DNA of 64,000 nt from Thermoplasmata archaeon (GCA_041489255.1 JBGPQV010000005.1:78460-142459), one strand, 5' to 3'; positions 49,001-58,484 are shown, counted from the first letter of the stretch. Numbers and translations are program-made. The notes: generated by a model from the sequence alone, not told the origin.

Positions 49001-49994
49001 TGAAGATGTTGTACCCCTGCAGCCCATTATAGTTCAGGTTCGGCGGAGCACCCGAGCCCGGCCTTTTGCCGGGCGTGGTCCCTCCGCCGGCAGGTCCCTG
49101 AACGACCGTCAGTGTCATGCGTGCAGTCGTCTTGTGCCCTTGCATATCGGTCGCGTTGAATATCACGACCGAGCCGTCCCAGCTCATATTCACCGGCTTC
49201 AACCAGGAACCCGTCAGCGTGAAGATTCCATCATTCGCGACCTGGTCTCCGCCGGTCCCGTTGTCCCTCATTTTCCAGGGCTGGTTTCTGAAGTCGGGGA
49301 TGCCAAAGAGCGCTGCGAATGAGACGTAAACCGATTGCTTGTTGAGATCCCCGTCCGGATCGATGACGTTGGCATAAACATAGAATTGCACATTGGTCGC
49401 GGGCGGCTCGCGGATCGACGTCGTGGGATCCTTGTCCGCCCATTTGTCCACGAACACAGGGGGATTCAATCCAGCCAGGCCCTGAAGCGTGGCCCGCCAC
49501 AGGAGGACGCTCTTGCCGGTATCGACGATCATTACCTCGACCGTGTCGGTCTGCGTGATCTTGTGGTTTGTGTAGAACCATCTCTCGCCGGCGTTCCAGA
49601 TGTTGTCAGAACCGTCAATCAGCCCATAGGGCTTGTTATTGTCTGCGGGCGAGGCATAGTAGGGAGGAATGGTTATCTTGCCAACATTGCTGAACTGGTC
49701 GACATGTCGATTGGTGCCGACCTGGATAGTCAGGTAGAGCTTCGTGGTGGAGAACTGCAGGGCCTCACCGCTGTTATGACGGACGGTGATGTTCACTCCG
49801 TCCCAAACGCCGGTCCTGTAAATCGGCTCCAGCTGTCCGACGAAGTCGACCTTGATGCTCGGGGTGGGGGTTGGGATGGTATATACCCAGATCAGCACGG
49901 CGGAGAACAGCGTCACCGTCATGCCGAGTATGAGTATCGTCCCGATGACCTCGGAAACACCGACATCGTTCCAATCTTTCCTCTTTATCAACAT
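46038..49994 (-). CDS. Giant type IV pilin-like adhesin with FG-GAP/VCBS repeats (1318 aa)
   Basis: Class III signal VG/VSEVIGTILILGMTVTLF; DNGTGGDQVANDGIFT motif; DFDQDGDLD, DFDGDHDMD and DIDGDGDDD repeats. Confidence 0.85.
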   Translation of the reverse strand: MLIKRKDWNDVGVSEVIGTILILGMTVTLFSAVLIWVYTIPTPTPSIKVDFVGQLEPIYRTGVWDGVNITVRHNSGEALQFSTTKLYLTIQVGTNRHVDQFSNVGKITIPPYYASPADNNKPYGLIDGSDNIWNAGERWFYTNHKITQTDTVEVMIVDTGKSVLLWRATLQGLAGLNPPVFVDKWADKDPTTSIREPPATNVQFYVYANVIDPDGDLNKQSVYVSFAALFGIPDFRNQPWKMRDNGTGGDQVANDGIFTLTGSWLKPVNMSWDGSVVIFNATDMQGHKTTARMTLTVVQGPAGGGTTPGKRPGSGAPPNLNYNGLQGYNIFNATEWDNNDYAANETRTFKEKETVVVVVASALLRNSKGAHDEFFMYDPFSNLPPEYVVYGTIKVPTADTQASNTAAFTYYDYVNGYNVFTYRFELNNASSVGINYFLNNPTHPPYYFFGRYPLEITLWDDVTPQPNKFHTTDTINITDNNGNMRLYPMLETFKDSGFTQKSNTFNSTDVVYVRVTMKTVDTTYYMGNIVIQDYLGGTQVWKAPLSGKNVNEPICPVTGACTAGLLAVEKHDGSISYRFALNLSLVNQDPWVPGTQNYALRVISIRDADEEYTLALQSQLTIRAPEYQLDIAIANDDTMDPRWGTHDLGYYLENVNSWDRWTKYRILSGPSDATKWIAGVAIKYLDFDQDGDLDIAASLKQDQNTAWLYLFRRDLDTSGNTVWTPFILENTGNDLITAIVTGSIDRDTAPEIIVGSTSGKVWYYKNDGSWTKVSVDISRSGQVNSIDLGDFDGDHDMDIAVARNGNTKEVTWYPNIDGNGKFTTTQQTDWWRATQENTVYGSIVSGDYTSTFTSDSAYEQFREEKKNFPTTYSNDTANQEASFTYGSIDSGSYTDTRSDNSVYETLLEGTCQANKYCLQAYWTFNVPAGSSHKVKLNGYKSSGSNPNDDFKFQYATSTSGPWTDMFTVTNTSDTGYSYSYTLPSGTSGNVYIRVLDTVQSNGETADRTYVDYMYIETVIPAGERSALEHYWKLQTLPNRPGSSYTLYVVGYRPNNAEADNFAFYYSTSGQSGPYIGPTITVSQPAPDTTFSYVLPNLGGQSIWIKVVDTDRTINNINLDDLYVNVLNITVQTPGGVTGIDINLDDGANGMVLDAGNQNSGPTDTFDDLVVGTSAGNVYKLMGSAGGLIPPSQKFASPGGSITGVKLADCYLTKTGLEVVTSTGTSVYIYTGFGTTGTLIKTLTTPGGEATKALAAGDIDGDGDDDIVVTTGGTNIGHVVYYRNNAGNWVNPNVPGFLVGVPIWAIDLGDASNANHRGR

Positions 49995-50146
49995 AACGAA
50001 TTCCTCCAGAGGGGATTCGATGCTTTTTGATGCTGGAGACGATATTTAAGGGTTCTGTGGTAATTACCTATCAAGCACCGCGCTGGCGCGGGCTGAAGGC
50101 CTCAGTCTGTCGGTTTTTTATCGCTCAAGGCTCATGACCGCGGTCG

Positions 50147-51862
50147 TTGCCCGACGAGAGCGCCGGCGAAATGAGGCCGCGGGGAAGCCGTGTCACCGCG
50201 AAGCACGTCCTTCTCGCCCTGATCGTCCTCGGCTTCGCGTTCCGCGTCACCTCGCTCGTGAACCGCGACCTGGGTTTCGATGCGAACTACTACCTGACGA
50301 TGGGGCAGAGCCTGCTCAAGCACGGCGAGTTCTACATGCCCTGGGGCGACCCTTCGAACCTGAATGGGGTGCCGCAGTTCAGTCATCACATCTCCCCTCT
50401 GTTCCCTGCCTGGCTGAGCATGTTCTACGCCCTCTTCGGCTCGTCGTACGCGATAACGCAGCTCGCGTCGTTCATCATCAGCCTGCTCGGGCTCGTCGCG
50501 GTGTACAGGGCGACCAAGGATCTGTACGGCAGCGCGAGCGCGCTCGTCGCCACGGCGATATTCATACTCGACTTCGAGCTGATAGTCGAGACCGGCAAGA
50601 TCTACTCGGAGAACATGACCTTCCTGTTCTTCACCCTGACGATGTGGGCGATAATTCGAGGGGTGAAGGACGACAGGTACATCGTGTTCGCCGGCCTCTT
50701 CGCCGGCCTCGCCTACAGCGTGCGTTCCTCGCTCGGCTACTTCTTCATCGTCGCAGGCGTCGCGGGGTTCCTGTGGCGGTTCTACTACATGCGCTGGGCT
50801 GTCTTCAGGAATAAATGGTACATGCTCGCCATCGCCGTATTCCTCTGCTTCGTCGGCGGGTGGAGCCTGAGGAACCTGTATCACTTCGGGTGGCCGAACT
50901 GGGAGACGAGCGCGGCAATACAGTCGACGTTGCTCGGCGCGTTTTCGCAACCCGTTCAGTACCTGACACTGGTGGTCCTCCTGGTGCCATTCTTCGTACT
51001 CATCCTCCTCATGTACGGCGCCTACATGCTGCCCGAGCTGAAATCCTCCGTCCGTCACGTCAGGGACGAGCAGGTGAGCGGGCTTTGGCTCGCGGTGTTC
51101 CTCGTCCCTTTCATCGCGCTCTTCGTCTCCGGCGCGCTGAGCCTCAGCGAGACTCAGAGAGGCGTGCCGCTGTTTTGGCGCGACAGGGTCCGGTACATTT
51201 TCTATGCGTTCCTGCCTCTGGTCTGGCTCGGGGTGCGGGGGGTCGACTTCCGTCTGGACAGGTCGCTGGGCGAGATCCTGAGAGGGGTCAGGTTCCCTCT
51301 GGCGGCCATCAAGGCGAGGATTGGCGAGATCCTCCACAACAGACTGTGGCTCGTCGGCATCGGCGCGATTCTCCTCGGCGCGGTTGTGAGTCTGTTCACC
51401 ATGGGCGGTTGGCTCGCCGCTTTCCTCTTCATGGCGGTGCCCGCTCTCTTCTTCCGCTCGCCCCGGAAGCGCTTTGCGGTATTCCTGGCGGTGCTGCTCG
51501 TCTTCTCCACCGAGGCCGGCACCGCCGAGGTCAAGTTCGCAGCGCCGAAGGTGGGAGCAGACATCAACAGCATGCTCGCTCCCGGGGAGGTTGTGGCGGT
51601 GGATGGCGTGAACTACCACCAGTTCTACTTCCTCTATCCTTTCGTGACCGACGCGGAAAACCGGATCGTTTCTCACCAAGACTATCCGGATGCGCCGTAC
51701 CTGGTGTCGTACAACGTGAGCAGGACGTACGCCGGCTACAACTGGAACGCGTCATACTACGACGAGTCGCAAGGCGGGTGGATAAGCCAAGCCTGGGCGA
51801 TGCTTTGGGGGCAGACCACGCATGTCTCCACGCTGACTATCAGACTCTGGAAGCACATCTGA
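50147..51862 (+). CDS. GT-C fold glycosyltransferase (ArnT/PMT, family 39-like)
   Basis: DANYY after TM1, SPLFP, YSEN, GLFAGLAY; multi-TM. Confidence 0.85.
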   Translation: MPDESAGEMRPRGSRVTAKHVLLALIVLGFAFRVTSLVNRDLGFDANYYLTMGQSLLKHGEFYMPWGDPSNLNGVPQFSHHISPLFPAWLSMFYALFGSSYAITQLASFIISLLGLVAVYRATKDLYGSASALVATAIFILDFELIVETGKIYSENMTFLFFTLTMWAIIRGVKDDRYIVFAGLFAGLAYSVRSSLGYFFIVAGVAGFLWRFYYMRWAVFRNKWYMLAIAVFLCFVGGWSLRNLYHFGWPNWETSAAIQSTLLGAFSQPVQYLTLVVLLVPFFVLILLMYGAYMLPELKSSVRHVRDEQVSGLWLAVFLVPFIALFVSGALSLSETQRGVPLFWRDRVRYIFYAFLPLVWLGVRGVDFRLDRSLGEILRGVRFPLAAIKARIGEILHNRLWLVGIGAILLGAVVSLFTMGGWLAAFLFMAVPALFFRSPRKRFAVFLAVLLVFSTEAGTAEVKFAAPKVGADINSMLAPGEVVAVDGVNYHQFYFLYPFVTDAENRIVSHQDYPDAPYLVSYNVSRTYAGYNWNASYYDESQGGWISQAWAMLWGQTTHVSTLTIRLWKHI

Positions 51863-51902
51863 CATCGGCATGGTTATATAACTTCCAGGGATTGAATCAA
51901 GT

Positions 51903-52994
51903 GTGAACCTGACGGCCTCCGAACGGATAATCCTCCATGTCGCGGAGCATTGGAGGGTCACCGACGCGATACCTGAGCTCACGCAGAAAGGGATCGCTTC
52001 TGGGGCAAATGTTCAAAGGAGTCACGTGCCGAGGAACCTGAAAAGGCTGATTTCCGAGGGCCACATCGAGGCCGCTGAAGGTCGGATCGGGGGTCGCGCG
52101 AGGCGGGTGAACTACTACAGGATCACGGAGTCGGGCCTGAGGCAGGCGAGGGAACTGAGGGAGAGCCTCCGGAAGGTGAAGGTCGTTCATGGCGGGAATG
52201 AATTGACCGTGGCCGATGTCGCGGCGGAGTATGCGATTTCGCCGCTCGCCGTCGCATTGAGGATTGATGAGGCGGGCACGTTCCACCCGCCGGTCATGGC
52301 ATTGCAGGAAGTTCCTGGGCTCATAGAGCGGGAGGCCGACATCGCCCAGCTCAGGAAATGGTCGCGAGACCGCGGACCGGTGATGGTGGTCTTTGGGGCC
52401 GTGGGCATGGGCAAGACGGCGCTGGGTAGGGCATTCATCTCGGCGCACATTGGACCCCATGCATGGCTGGATCTGCGCGAAGGAGCGGACCTCGAGAATA
52501 CCCTCGCCGACATGACCGCGGCATTGGGCCTTGCCGCCAGGGAGGGCGACGCGGGCAAGTCGGTGGCTGATCACATCAAGTCGCGCGGCGTGCTCCTCGT
52601 TCTCGACGGCTATCGCCAGGTATCGGAGGACTTCGTTGATTTCCTTTCAGCCGCAATCGAGGGCCTGAAGGGCGGCAACGGGAAGCTTCTGGTGCTCGCG
52701 CAGGAGACGACACCCTCATACTGCAGGTTCTACGGTCGCGGCGAGGTCAGCCGCGGCGATGTCAGAGAACTTCATCTCAAGGGGCTGAGCATCGACGGAT
52801 GCAGGAGGATGCTCGGCTCAGAGCACATCGATGAGGAAGCGCTGAAGAGGATATTCCTCCTGACAAAGGGAACACCCCTCTATATCGACCTCATAAGGCG
52901 AGGCGATGCCGATGAACTCCGGAGGAGGTCGCGTTTCACCAGTGCCGAGATACGCCTGCTGATGTTCTCGAAGAGTGTGCCATCGCGCACTTGA
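51903..52994 (+). CDS. Winged-HTH plus P-loop (STAND/NB-ARC-like) ATPase
   Basis: TQKGIA...RSHVPRNLKRL...YRITESG; Walker A GAVGMGKT; LLVLDG; TKGTPL. Confidence 0.8.
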   Translation: MNLTASERIILHVAEHWRVTDAIPELTQKGIASGANVQRSHVPRNLKRLISEGHIEAAEGRIGGRARRVNYYRITESGLRQARELRESLRKVKVVHGGNELTVADVAAEYAISPLAVALRIDEAGTFHPPVMALQEVPGLIEREADIAQLRKWSRDRGPVMVVFGAVGMGKTALGRAFISAHIGPHAWLDLREGADLENTLADMTAALGLAAREGDAGKSVADHIKSRGVLLVLDGYRQVSEDFVDFLSAAIEGLKGGNGKLLVLAQETTPSYCRFYGRGEVSRGDVRELHLKGLSIDGCRRMLGSEHIDEEALKRIFLLTKGTPLYIDLIRRGDADELRRRSRFTSAEIRLLMFSKSVPSRT

Positions 52995-53001
52995 TCCCGT
53001 C

Positions 53002-53997
53002 TCATTTGCTGCCCAGAACGATCTCCTTAAGCTCGTCAATCCCCTCGATTGGAGCGGATTGCCTCACCGGCATTGGCGTGACCGAGAGCTTTGTGCGGAT
53101 GAGCGCGTAGACTATCTCCGTTACATTGCCCTTAGAATTCCTGACCGCAGACCCCCGGACATCGCAGAGCATCCGCCTGCCATCCTTCGTCAGGAACGAG
53201 AGGCGGTGCACCTCGCCCGCGACATTCTCGCCCCAGAGGATCCTCTGTCCGATGCAGCTGCTGCCGCAGACCCTGATGCCGTTCGTGTCGGTCGCCCGGA
53301 AGACCTCCGAGCACAGCTTCCCAACCAGCTCCTCGCGCTTCCAACCGAGCATCTCCTCTCCGAGGGAGTTGACATATTTAATCCTGAAATGCGGATCCAG
53401 GACGAGGAACGAAGCGCTCGTGGCGGCGGCTAGTGCCGCGAGCCTCGCCCTCTCGGTCGCCAGATCTTCCCTGGAGCTGGTGGAGTCGATTGCTATCGCC
53501 GCCATCGTTGCAATGCCGATGACAATGTTGATCTCTTTCGACGTGAAATACCGGCTCCCGCTAGAGTCGTCCAGAATCATGATGCCGAGAACAGATTCCC
53601 TGCACACGAGGGGCGCGATCAGCATCGCCTTCAGCCCGAGGCGCTGTATGATTGCGGCGGGTAGAATCTCCTCCTTGAGCGCGTCGCGGATAAAGGCGGG
53701 AAGGCGTTGCTTTATCACCTTCTGGGCGAGCTTGGGTATGTCCGCCTCCTTGATGACCAGGCTGGAGATGTACTTGACCTGCTCCATGTCGGGCCCGAAG
53801 GCCTGCTCGCACCTCAGCTCGCCCTGCCTGCCATCGAGGGAGAAAATCGCGCACCTGTCCCCCCGGACCAGCTGCGGCACTATCCTGACGACCGTGCCCA
53901 GCAGTTCCTGGAGGTCGCTGAGGCCGCCGACCATCTCGGAGATGCCGAGCATGGCAGCTAGTATCTGAGTCTCGTCCGGTCCGAGTTCCTCTGGCAT
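53002..53997 (-). CDS. GAF-PAS sensor protein without output domain
   Basis: GAF (DLQELL...LIAPLV...FTSKEI) then PAS (YVNSLGEEMLGW..EELVGK.C...KDGR); the protein ends shortly afterwards. Confidence 0.85.
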   Translation of the reverse strand: MPEELGPDETQILAAMLGISEMVGGLSDLQELLGTVVRIVPQLVRGDRCAIFSLDGRQGELRCEQAFGPDMEQVKYISSLVIKEADIPKLAQKVIKQRLPAFIRDALKEEILPAAIIQRLGLKAMLIAPLVCRESVLGIMILDDSSGSRYFTSKEINIVIGIATMAAIAIDSTSSREDLATERARLAALAAATSASFLVLDPHFRIKYVNSLGEEMLGWKREELVGKLCSEVFRATDTNGIRVCGSSCIGQRILWGENVAGEVHRLSFLTKDGRRMLCDVRGSAVRNSKGNVTEIVYALIRTKLSVTPMPVRQSAPIEGIDELKEIVLGSK

Positions 53998-54107
53998 CGA
54001 CCTCAAACAATGCCTGCAAACTCGATATTATGGTTTCTGGCTGGTTATCAGTCCCCGCCATCTTGACCGGGCAAAAGACTTCTAGCGGAAGCCGCATACC
54101 GCCTGCG

Positions 54108-54269
54108 ATGTCGGGCGCCCGGCTGTTCATCGCCGCACTGGGGTCGATCATAGCGGTGGCGGGCGGCGCCGCGGCCGTGTACTTCGACAAGTATCTGGGC
54201 ATAGGCATGATCCTCGTCGGCGGGTTCCTGCTAACCCTGACCATCACCAAGTTCTCCGACACGGACTAG
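54108..54269 (+). CDS. Small 2-TM membrane protein
   Basis: MSGARLFIAALGSIIAVAGG...YLGIGMILVGGFLL. Confidence 0.6.
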   Translation: MSGARLFIAALGSIIAVAGGAAAVYFDKYLGIGMILVGGFLLTLTITKFSDTD

Positions 54270-54314
54270 GCCCGACCGCATGCTTTATCCGGCGACCTGG
54301 CATCATGCGTCCAG

Positions 54315-54608
54315 ATGTACGCCATCTTCAGCGTGCTCCCGGACAAACGCAACAAAGTGGACGAGATTCTGAAGGACGACATCGTCAGCCGCCAGAGCAT
54401 CGTCCTGCGCGAGTGCTCCGCGCTCGGCCTCAAGGACCTGGGGCTGCTCGTGCTCATCGAGGGCGAGGAAAACGCGGTCAAGAGGTCCAAGGAGCTTTTC
54501 AAGGATCTAGCGAAGGTTCTCGAAGGCGAGCAGTCGGCCGACGCCTACCAGCGGTTCAAGAAGGAAAGCGACGAGGTCGACTCCGGGGTCGGTTTCATCT
54601 TCGGATGA
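54315..54608 (+). CDS. Conserved archaeal hypothetical protein
   Basis: LKDDIVSRQSI...IEGEE...GVGFIFG; codon usage matches host genes. Confidence 0.75.
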   Translation: MYAIFSVLPDKRNKVDEILKDDIVSRQSIVLRECSALGLKDLGLLVLIEGEENAVKRSKELFKDLAKVLEGEQSADAYQRFKKESDEVDSGVGFIFG

Positions 54609-54644
54609 TCTGGACCGCGATGGCGCCCGCAGTCGGTGATTCGC

Positions 54645-54902
54645 TCAGAGCGTCTTGATTTTCTCTGCGACGAAGTCCTTGATCTTCGGGTCGTCGGGGA
54701 TCGTGAGCGAGCGTTTGAACCTCTCCGACTTGTCAGGCAGATAGTACCCGCGCGAGACGGAGATGAACTCGTTAGTGCCCTCGGGCGTTATCGCCCTCTT
54801 GCGAGCGACCTCCAAGAAGTTGTTGCGCCCGAAGTCTATCTTCTCCGCCTTCACAGTCTCGAACTCCAGCTTGTCGTCCCTTCTGTCCTTTCTCTCTTCC
54901 AT
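54645..54902 (-). CDS. Small protein, possible PC4/PUR-like single-stranded nucleic-acid-binding fold
   Basis: Predicted four beta-strands plus a C-terminal helix (FGRNNFLEVARK...FISVSRG...KRSLTIP). GGAGGA RBS and TTTAAA box upstream. Confidence 0.65.
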   Translation of the reverse strand: MEERKDRRDDKLEFETVKAEKIDFGRNNFLEVARKRAITPEGTNEFISVSRGYYLPDKSERFKRSLTIPDDPKIKDFVAEKIKTL

Positions 54903-55074
54903 TGGTTGTCCTCCCAGTTCGGTGGAGCCCGAGCCAGACCACCCAGCTCAGGGGAAATCAAGAGGATTGCGTCGAGCTTTAAAGGTATCCCCTCCCCGCG
55001 CACGACTCTGTCCAGTCGAATCCAGCGTGCATTCCGGTAGGCTGTTATATGTCTCAGGGGATTGGAGAAAGGAT

Positions 55075-56421
55075 ATGCGCTGCCCTCGCTGCGCAATCGA
55101 GTCGCCCGGCCCCTACTGCCCCAACTGCGGCCTGCCCGTCGCGTGGGGTCAGGCAGTCGTTACATGCCCCCAGTGCGGAACGCAACACAGCATGTGGAAC
55201 TGCCCCGTCTGCGGGTTTCCCACGCCGGTTCTTCTGTCGCCGCCATCGCCAAGGCGGGCTTATGCGGACGCGCTCAGCGTCCTATGGCAACTAGGCATGA
55301 TCCTGATGTTCCTCATTTTCGCCATCTGTCTCGTGGCCCTGGTCTACTCATGCCTGGTTCTGATATTCCCAGCACTCCAGGCGGGACAGCTGATCTCCTG
55401 GCCGATGCTGACCATATTCCCCCAGCTGGCGGTGGTGTTCTGGATCGACGGGGCCGTGGCGGTCACCGTCTACTTCATCGTGATACTCGTTGCGCTTCTG
55501 CTGATTCATTGCTGGTTCGCGCTCTCGGACGGGAAGAACGTCGTTCGTCTGCTCTCGGCCCCGTTGACATTTTTGTTGCCGCGGCTCCGAAGCAAGAATC
55601 GCTGGACGATGGTCGCCCAACTCTTCCTTGCAGTGCAGTTCTTCCAGTTCGTGTACGTGCTGCTGGTGTCCCTGTCCGGCGTTCCGATCACGGGGCCTCC
55701 CGGCGAGCCGACGGAGCCGTGGCTGCTGCTCTTCAGCCTAGCCGAGGCCCCCGTCTATGAGGAGATTGTGTCGCGCGTGGCCCTGATCGGCCTGCCGATG
55801 TTCCTCGGCTCAATAGTCTTCCGCACCGCGAGGCTCTACGGCGGCGGCACGCCTGTCTCATGGGACGAGAAGAAACAGAGGTCCTATTTCCTGGGGTCAT
55901 TCAAGTACCTCTGGGGGGGAACGGTTGACAGAAAGTCACCCAGATTGGTCTTCGCCTCCTCGTTCGTTCTGGCGATATTGTCATCCATCTTTTTCTCTGC
56001 CGCGCACTCGAACTATGGGGCGTGGAAGCTGCTGCCGACGTTCATCGCGGGTCTCGCGCTGGCCTACGCCTACCTGCGCGGCGGGCTGCTCGCGTCGATC
56101 CTGCTGCACTTCACCGTCAACATGTTCTCCGGCGCGGCGGTGCTCGTGCAGGATGACATGTCCATCCTGATTCTCATTGCGCTGGTGACATGGGCCGTGA
56201 TGGCGGTCGGATCAGGATTCTTCGTCTACTACTGCATTTACTTCGTGAATATCGTGCGCGAGAGGCTCGGCAGACAGACTCCCATTGCGCGGGTCGAATC
56301 CCCGCCTCCAACCTACCCGCCATCTCCGTCGTTCGCCGCAATCTGTCCATACTGTGGCTGGTCAGAGTCGCTGTACGCCGAAGGCAAGCTCAGATGCGCG
56401 AATTGTGGAAGGGAACGCTAG
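55075..56421 (+). CDS. CPBP (CAAX/Abi) intramembrane glutamic endopeptidase with N- and C-terminal Zn ribbons
   Basis: PVYEEIVSR, FSAAH, LHFTVN; four CxxC at the N-terminus and two at the C-terminus. Confidence 0.88.
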   Translation: MRCPRCAIESPGPYCPNCGLPVAWGQAVVTCPQCGTQHSMWNCPVCGFPTPVLLSPPSPRRAYADALSVLWQLGMILMFLIFAICLVALVYSCLVLIFPALQAGQLISWPMLTIFPQLAVVFWIDGAVAVTVYFIVILVALLLIHCWFALSDGKNVVRLLSAPLTFLLPRLRSKNRWTMVAQLFLAVQFFQFVYVLLVSLSGVPITGPPGEPTEPWLLLFSLAEAPVYEEIVSRVALIGLPMFLGSIVFRTARLYGGGTPVSWDEKKQRSYFLGSFKYLWGGTVDRKSPRLVFASSFVLAILSSIFFSAAHSNYGAWKLLPTFIAGLALAYAYLRGGLLASILLHFTVNMFSGAAVLVQDDMSILILIALVTWAVMAVGSGFFVYYCIYFVNIVRERLGRQTPIARVESPPPTYPPSPSFAAICPYCGWSESLYAEGKLRCANCGRER

Positions 56422-56819
56422 TCTCGCTCACTGATTTTCGACGCATCATATTTCGTGCCGGCTTTCCCAGTGAGAAAATCGATGATCGACTCGGGGTCCT
56501 CGTCCGCGATCGTGACCTCGATATGCCCCATCGGCGAAGGGGGCGCGAAATTCACTCTCCCCACGAAAGCGGCTTGCTTGTTGAGCGACAAGCGGATCTC
56601 AATCCCGTTCCGGGAGCCTCGAAGCACGCTTCTCGCAGTATCCCTGATCCTCTGCGTGCGGAACAGCTCCCTCAGCCTGTCCAGCGAGACCGCCTCGGCA
56701 ATCAGGGCGCCTTCGGATTCGACGAAGGCAACGTCAGGGAAGACATTGAGGACTGCGGCTTTCACCTTCGCCACGTTCTCCGTCGGTTTGACCGGCACCT
56801 CGATGTGGACTCGGGTCAC
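56418..56819 (-). CDS. UPF0201/DUF54 putative RNA-binding protein
   Basis: PTENVAKVKAAVLNVFP, QRIRDTAR, LNKQAAFVG. Confidence 0.88.
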   Translation of the reverse strand: MTRVHIEVPVKPTENVAKVKAAVLNVFPDVAFVESEGALIAEAVSLDRLRELFRTQRIRDTARSVLRGSRNGIEIRLSLNKQAAFVGRVNFAPPSPMGHIEVTIADEDPESIIDFLTGKAGTKYDASKISERD

Positions 56820-56913
56820 ACGACTCGCATTCGCCTCCCTGGCTTGAAGTCTCTTGTGCGACAACCGGTTGCACGAAACATATTAACGTCTGTAAGTCGC
56901 TGACCACGGTCGG

Positions 56914-58425
56914 ATGCGGCAGAAGCTTTTGGAGTTATTAGCGAAGAGGGGCACCCTCATCACGCCCGATGCGGCGGATTACCTCCTCCGCCAGACCAAT
57001 CCCGTGGATCACCTAACGCACGTCATCGACGGGATGCAGCAGGTGCCGCTGGTCATCACGCTTCAGCACATCATGGAGGCGGAGAGGCTCGCGATGGACG
57101 CTGCCGCAAGGCTGAGGGTCACCGGGAGGCCGATGGCTCTGGCGCCAAGGACGGAACTCACCGATGGTTCGCGGTTCCTCGGGCCCGCCATGAAGACGAT
57201 CGCACGCACCGCGGAGCCCGCGACCAACTACGAGGACGATCTCGTCGTCCTGAGGGACATCACCGGGCGCTCGACGTGCGAAGGGACGCTCGATGACTTC
57301 TCGAAGTACTTCCTGAACCGCTTCAAGGTGCTCTCGGGCATGCTCAGGCAGAGGAAGGATTTGCCTTCCCTTGTCGACATCGCGAAGGCGAAGCGGCTGA
57401 CGCGCGAGGTCAGCGTGATTGGGATGGTTGCGGACGCGAGGGTCACGAAGAACGGGCACAAGCTGGTTGTCCTTGAGGACGAGACTGACAAAATCTCCGT
57501 GCTCTTCCCGGCCTCGACCCCTCTTGCCCAGGCGCCTGTCGTGACCGATCAGGTCATCGGCGTCGTCGGGACGGTCAACAGCAAAGGACTCTTCGTGGCG
57601 ACGAATTTCATCGAGCCGGACATACCTGTGAACCATCACTTCCCCCGATCGGCGGACAACGTGAGCATCGCTTTTATCTCCGACACTCATGTCGGCAGCA
57701 AGTCGTTCCTGGACGAGAGGTGGCGCAAGTTCCAGACTTGGATATCGGACGGGGACGAGGTGGCGCGTTCGATCAAGTACGTCGTCGTCGGCGGCGATCT
57801 AGTCGACGGCATCGGAGTCTACCCGAGACAGGACGAGGACCTAGCCATCGACGACATCTACGCGCAGTACGAGGCGTTCGCCGAGCTCATCTCCGCGCTG
57901 CCGACCCGCCTGAGAATAGTCATGATTCCCGGCAACCACGACGCGGTGAGGCCAGCCGAGCCTCAGCCAGCTCTGACAGAGGGAGTCCGCAAGCTCTTCC
58001 CCTCGAACGTCCTGTGCGTCGGCAACCCCTGCCTCCTGAGAATCCACGGGGTCCGCATCCTCGCGTACCACGGACGGAGCATGGACGACTTGGTCAGCGC
58101 GATTCCGAGCCTGAGCTATGCAAGGCCGCTGGACGCGATGAAGGAGATGCTGCGCATGCGGCACCTCGCGCCCATCTACGGCGGGAGGACGCCGATAGCC
58201 CCGGAGGCGCAGGACCTGCTTGTCATCGACGAGGTGCCGGACATATTCCTGACGGGCCATGTCCACGGCGTGGGGGTGAGCGAATACCGCGGCGTCACAT
58301 TAATCAACTCGTCCGCGTGGCAATCGCAGACTTCCTATCAGAAGATGAGGAACCTGGAGCCTGTCCCCGCCAGAGTCCCGATCGTGAACCTCTCGACCGG
58401 CACCGTTGCGGTGAAGGAATTCTAG
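56914..58425 (+). CDS. polB: DNA polymerase D small (proofreading) subunit DP1
   Basis: OB fold plus ISDTHVGS, GDLVDGIGVYP, PGNHD, YHGRS, RHLAP, GHVH. Confidence 0.97.
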   Translation: MRQKLLELLAKRGTLITPDAADYLLRQTNPVDHLTHVIDGMQQVPLVITLQHIMEAERLAMDAAARLRVTGRPMALAPRTELTDGSRFLGPAMKTIARTAEPATNYEDDLVVLRDITGRSTCEGTLDDFSKYFLNRFKVLSGMLRQRKDLPSLVDIAKAKRLTREVSVIGMVADARVTKNGHKLVVLEDETDKISVLFPASTPLAQAPVVTDQVIGVVGTVNSKGLFVATNFIEPDIPVNHHFPRSADNVSIAFISDTHVGSKSFLDERWRKFQTWISDGDEVARSIKYVVVGGDLVDGIGVYPRQDEDLAIDDIYAQYEAFAELISALPTRLRIVMIPGNHDAVRPAEPQPALTEGVRKLFPSNVLCVGNPCLLRIHGVRILAYHGRSMDDLVSAIPSLSYARPLDAMKEMLRMRHLAPIYGGRTPIAPEAQDLLVIDEVPDIFLTGHVHGVGVSEYRGVTLINSSAWQSQTSYQKMRNLEPVPARVPIVNLSTGTVAVKEF

Positions 58426-58484
58426 GACTGCCGCCGCGACGGTGTGGCAAAGATTAATACAATCCGGTCAATCGTCGTGTTGAG

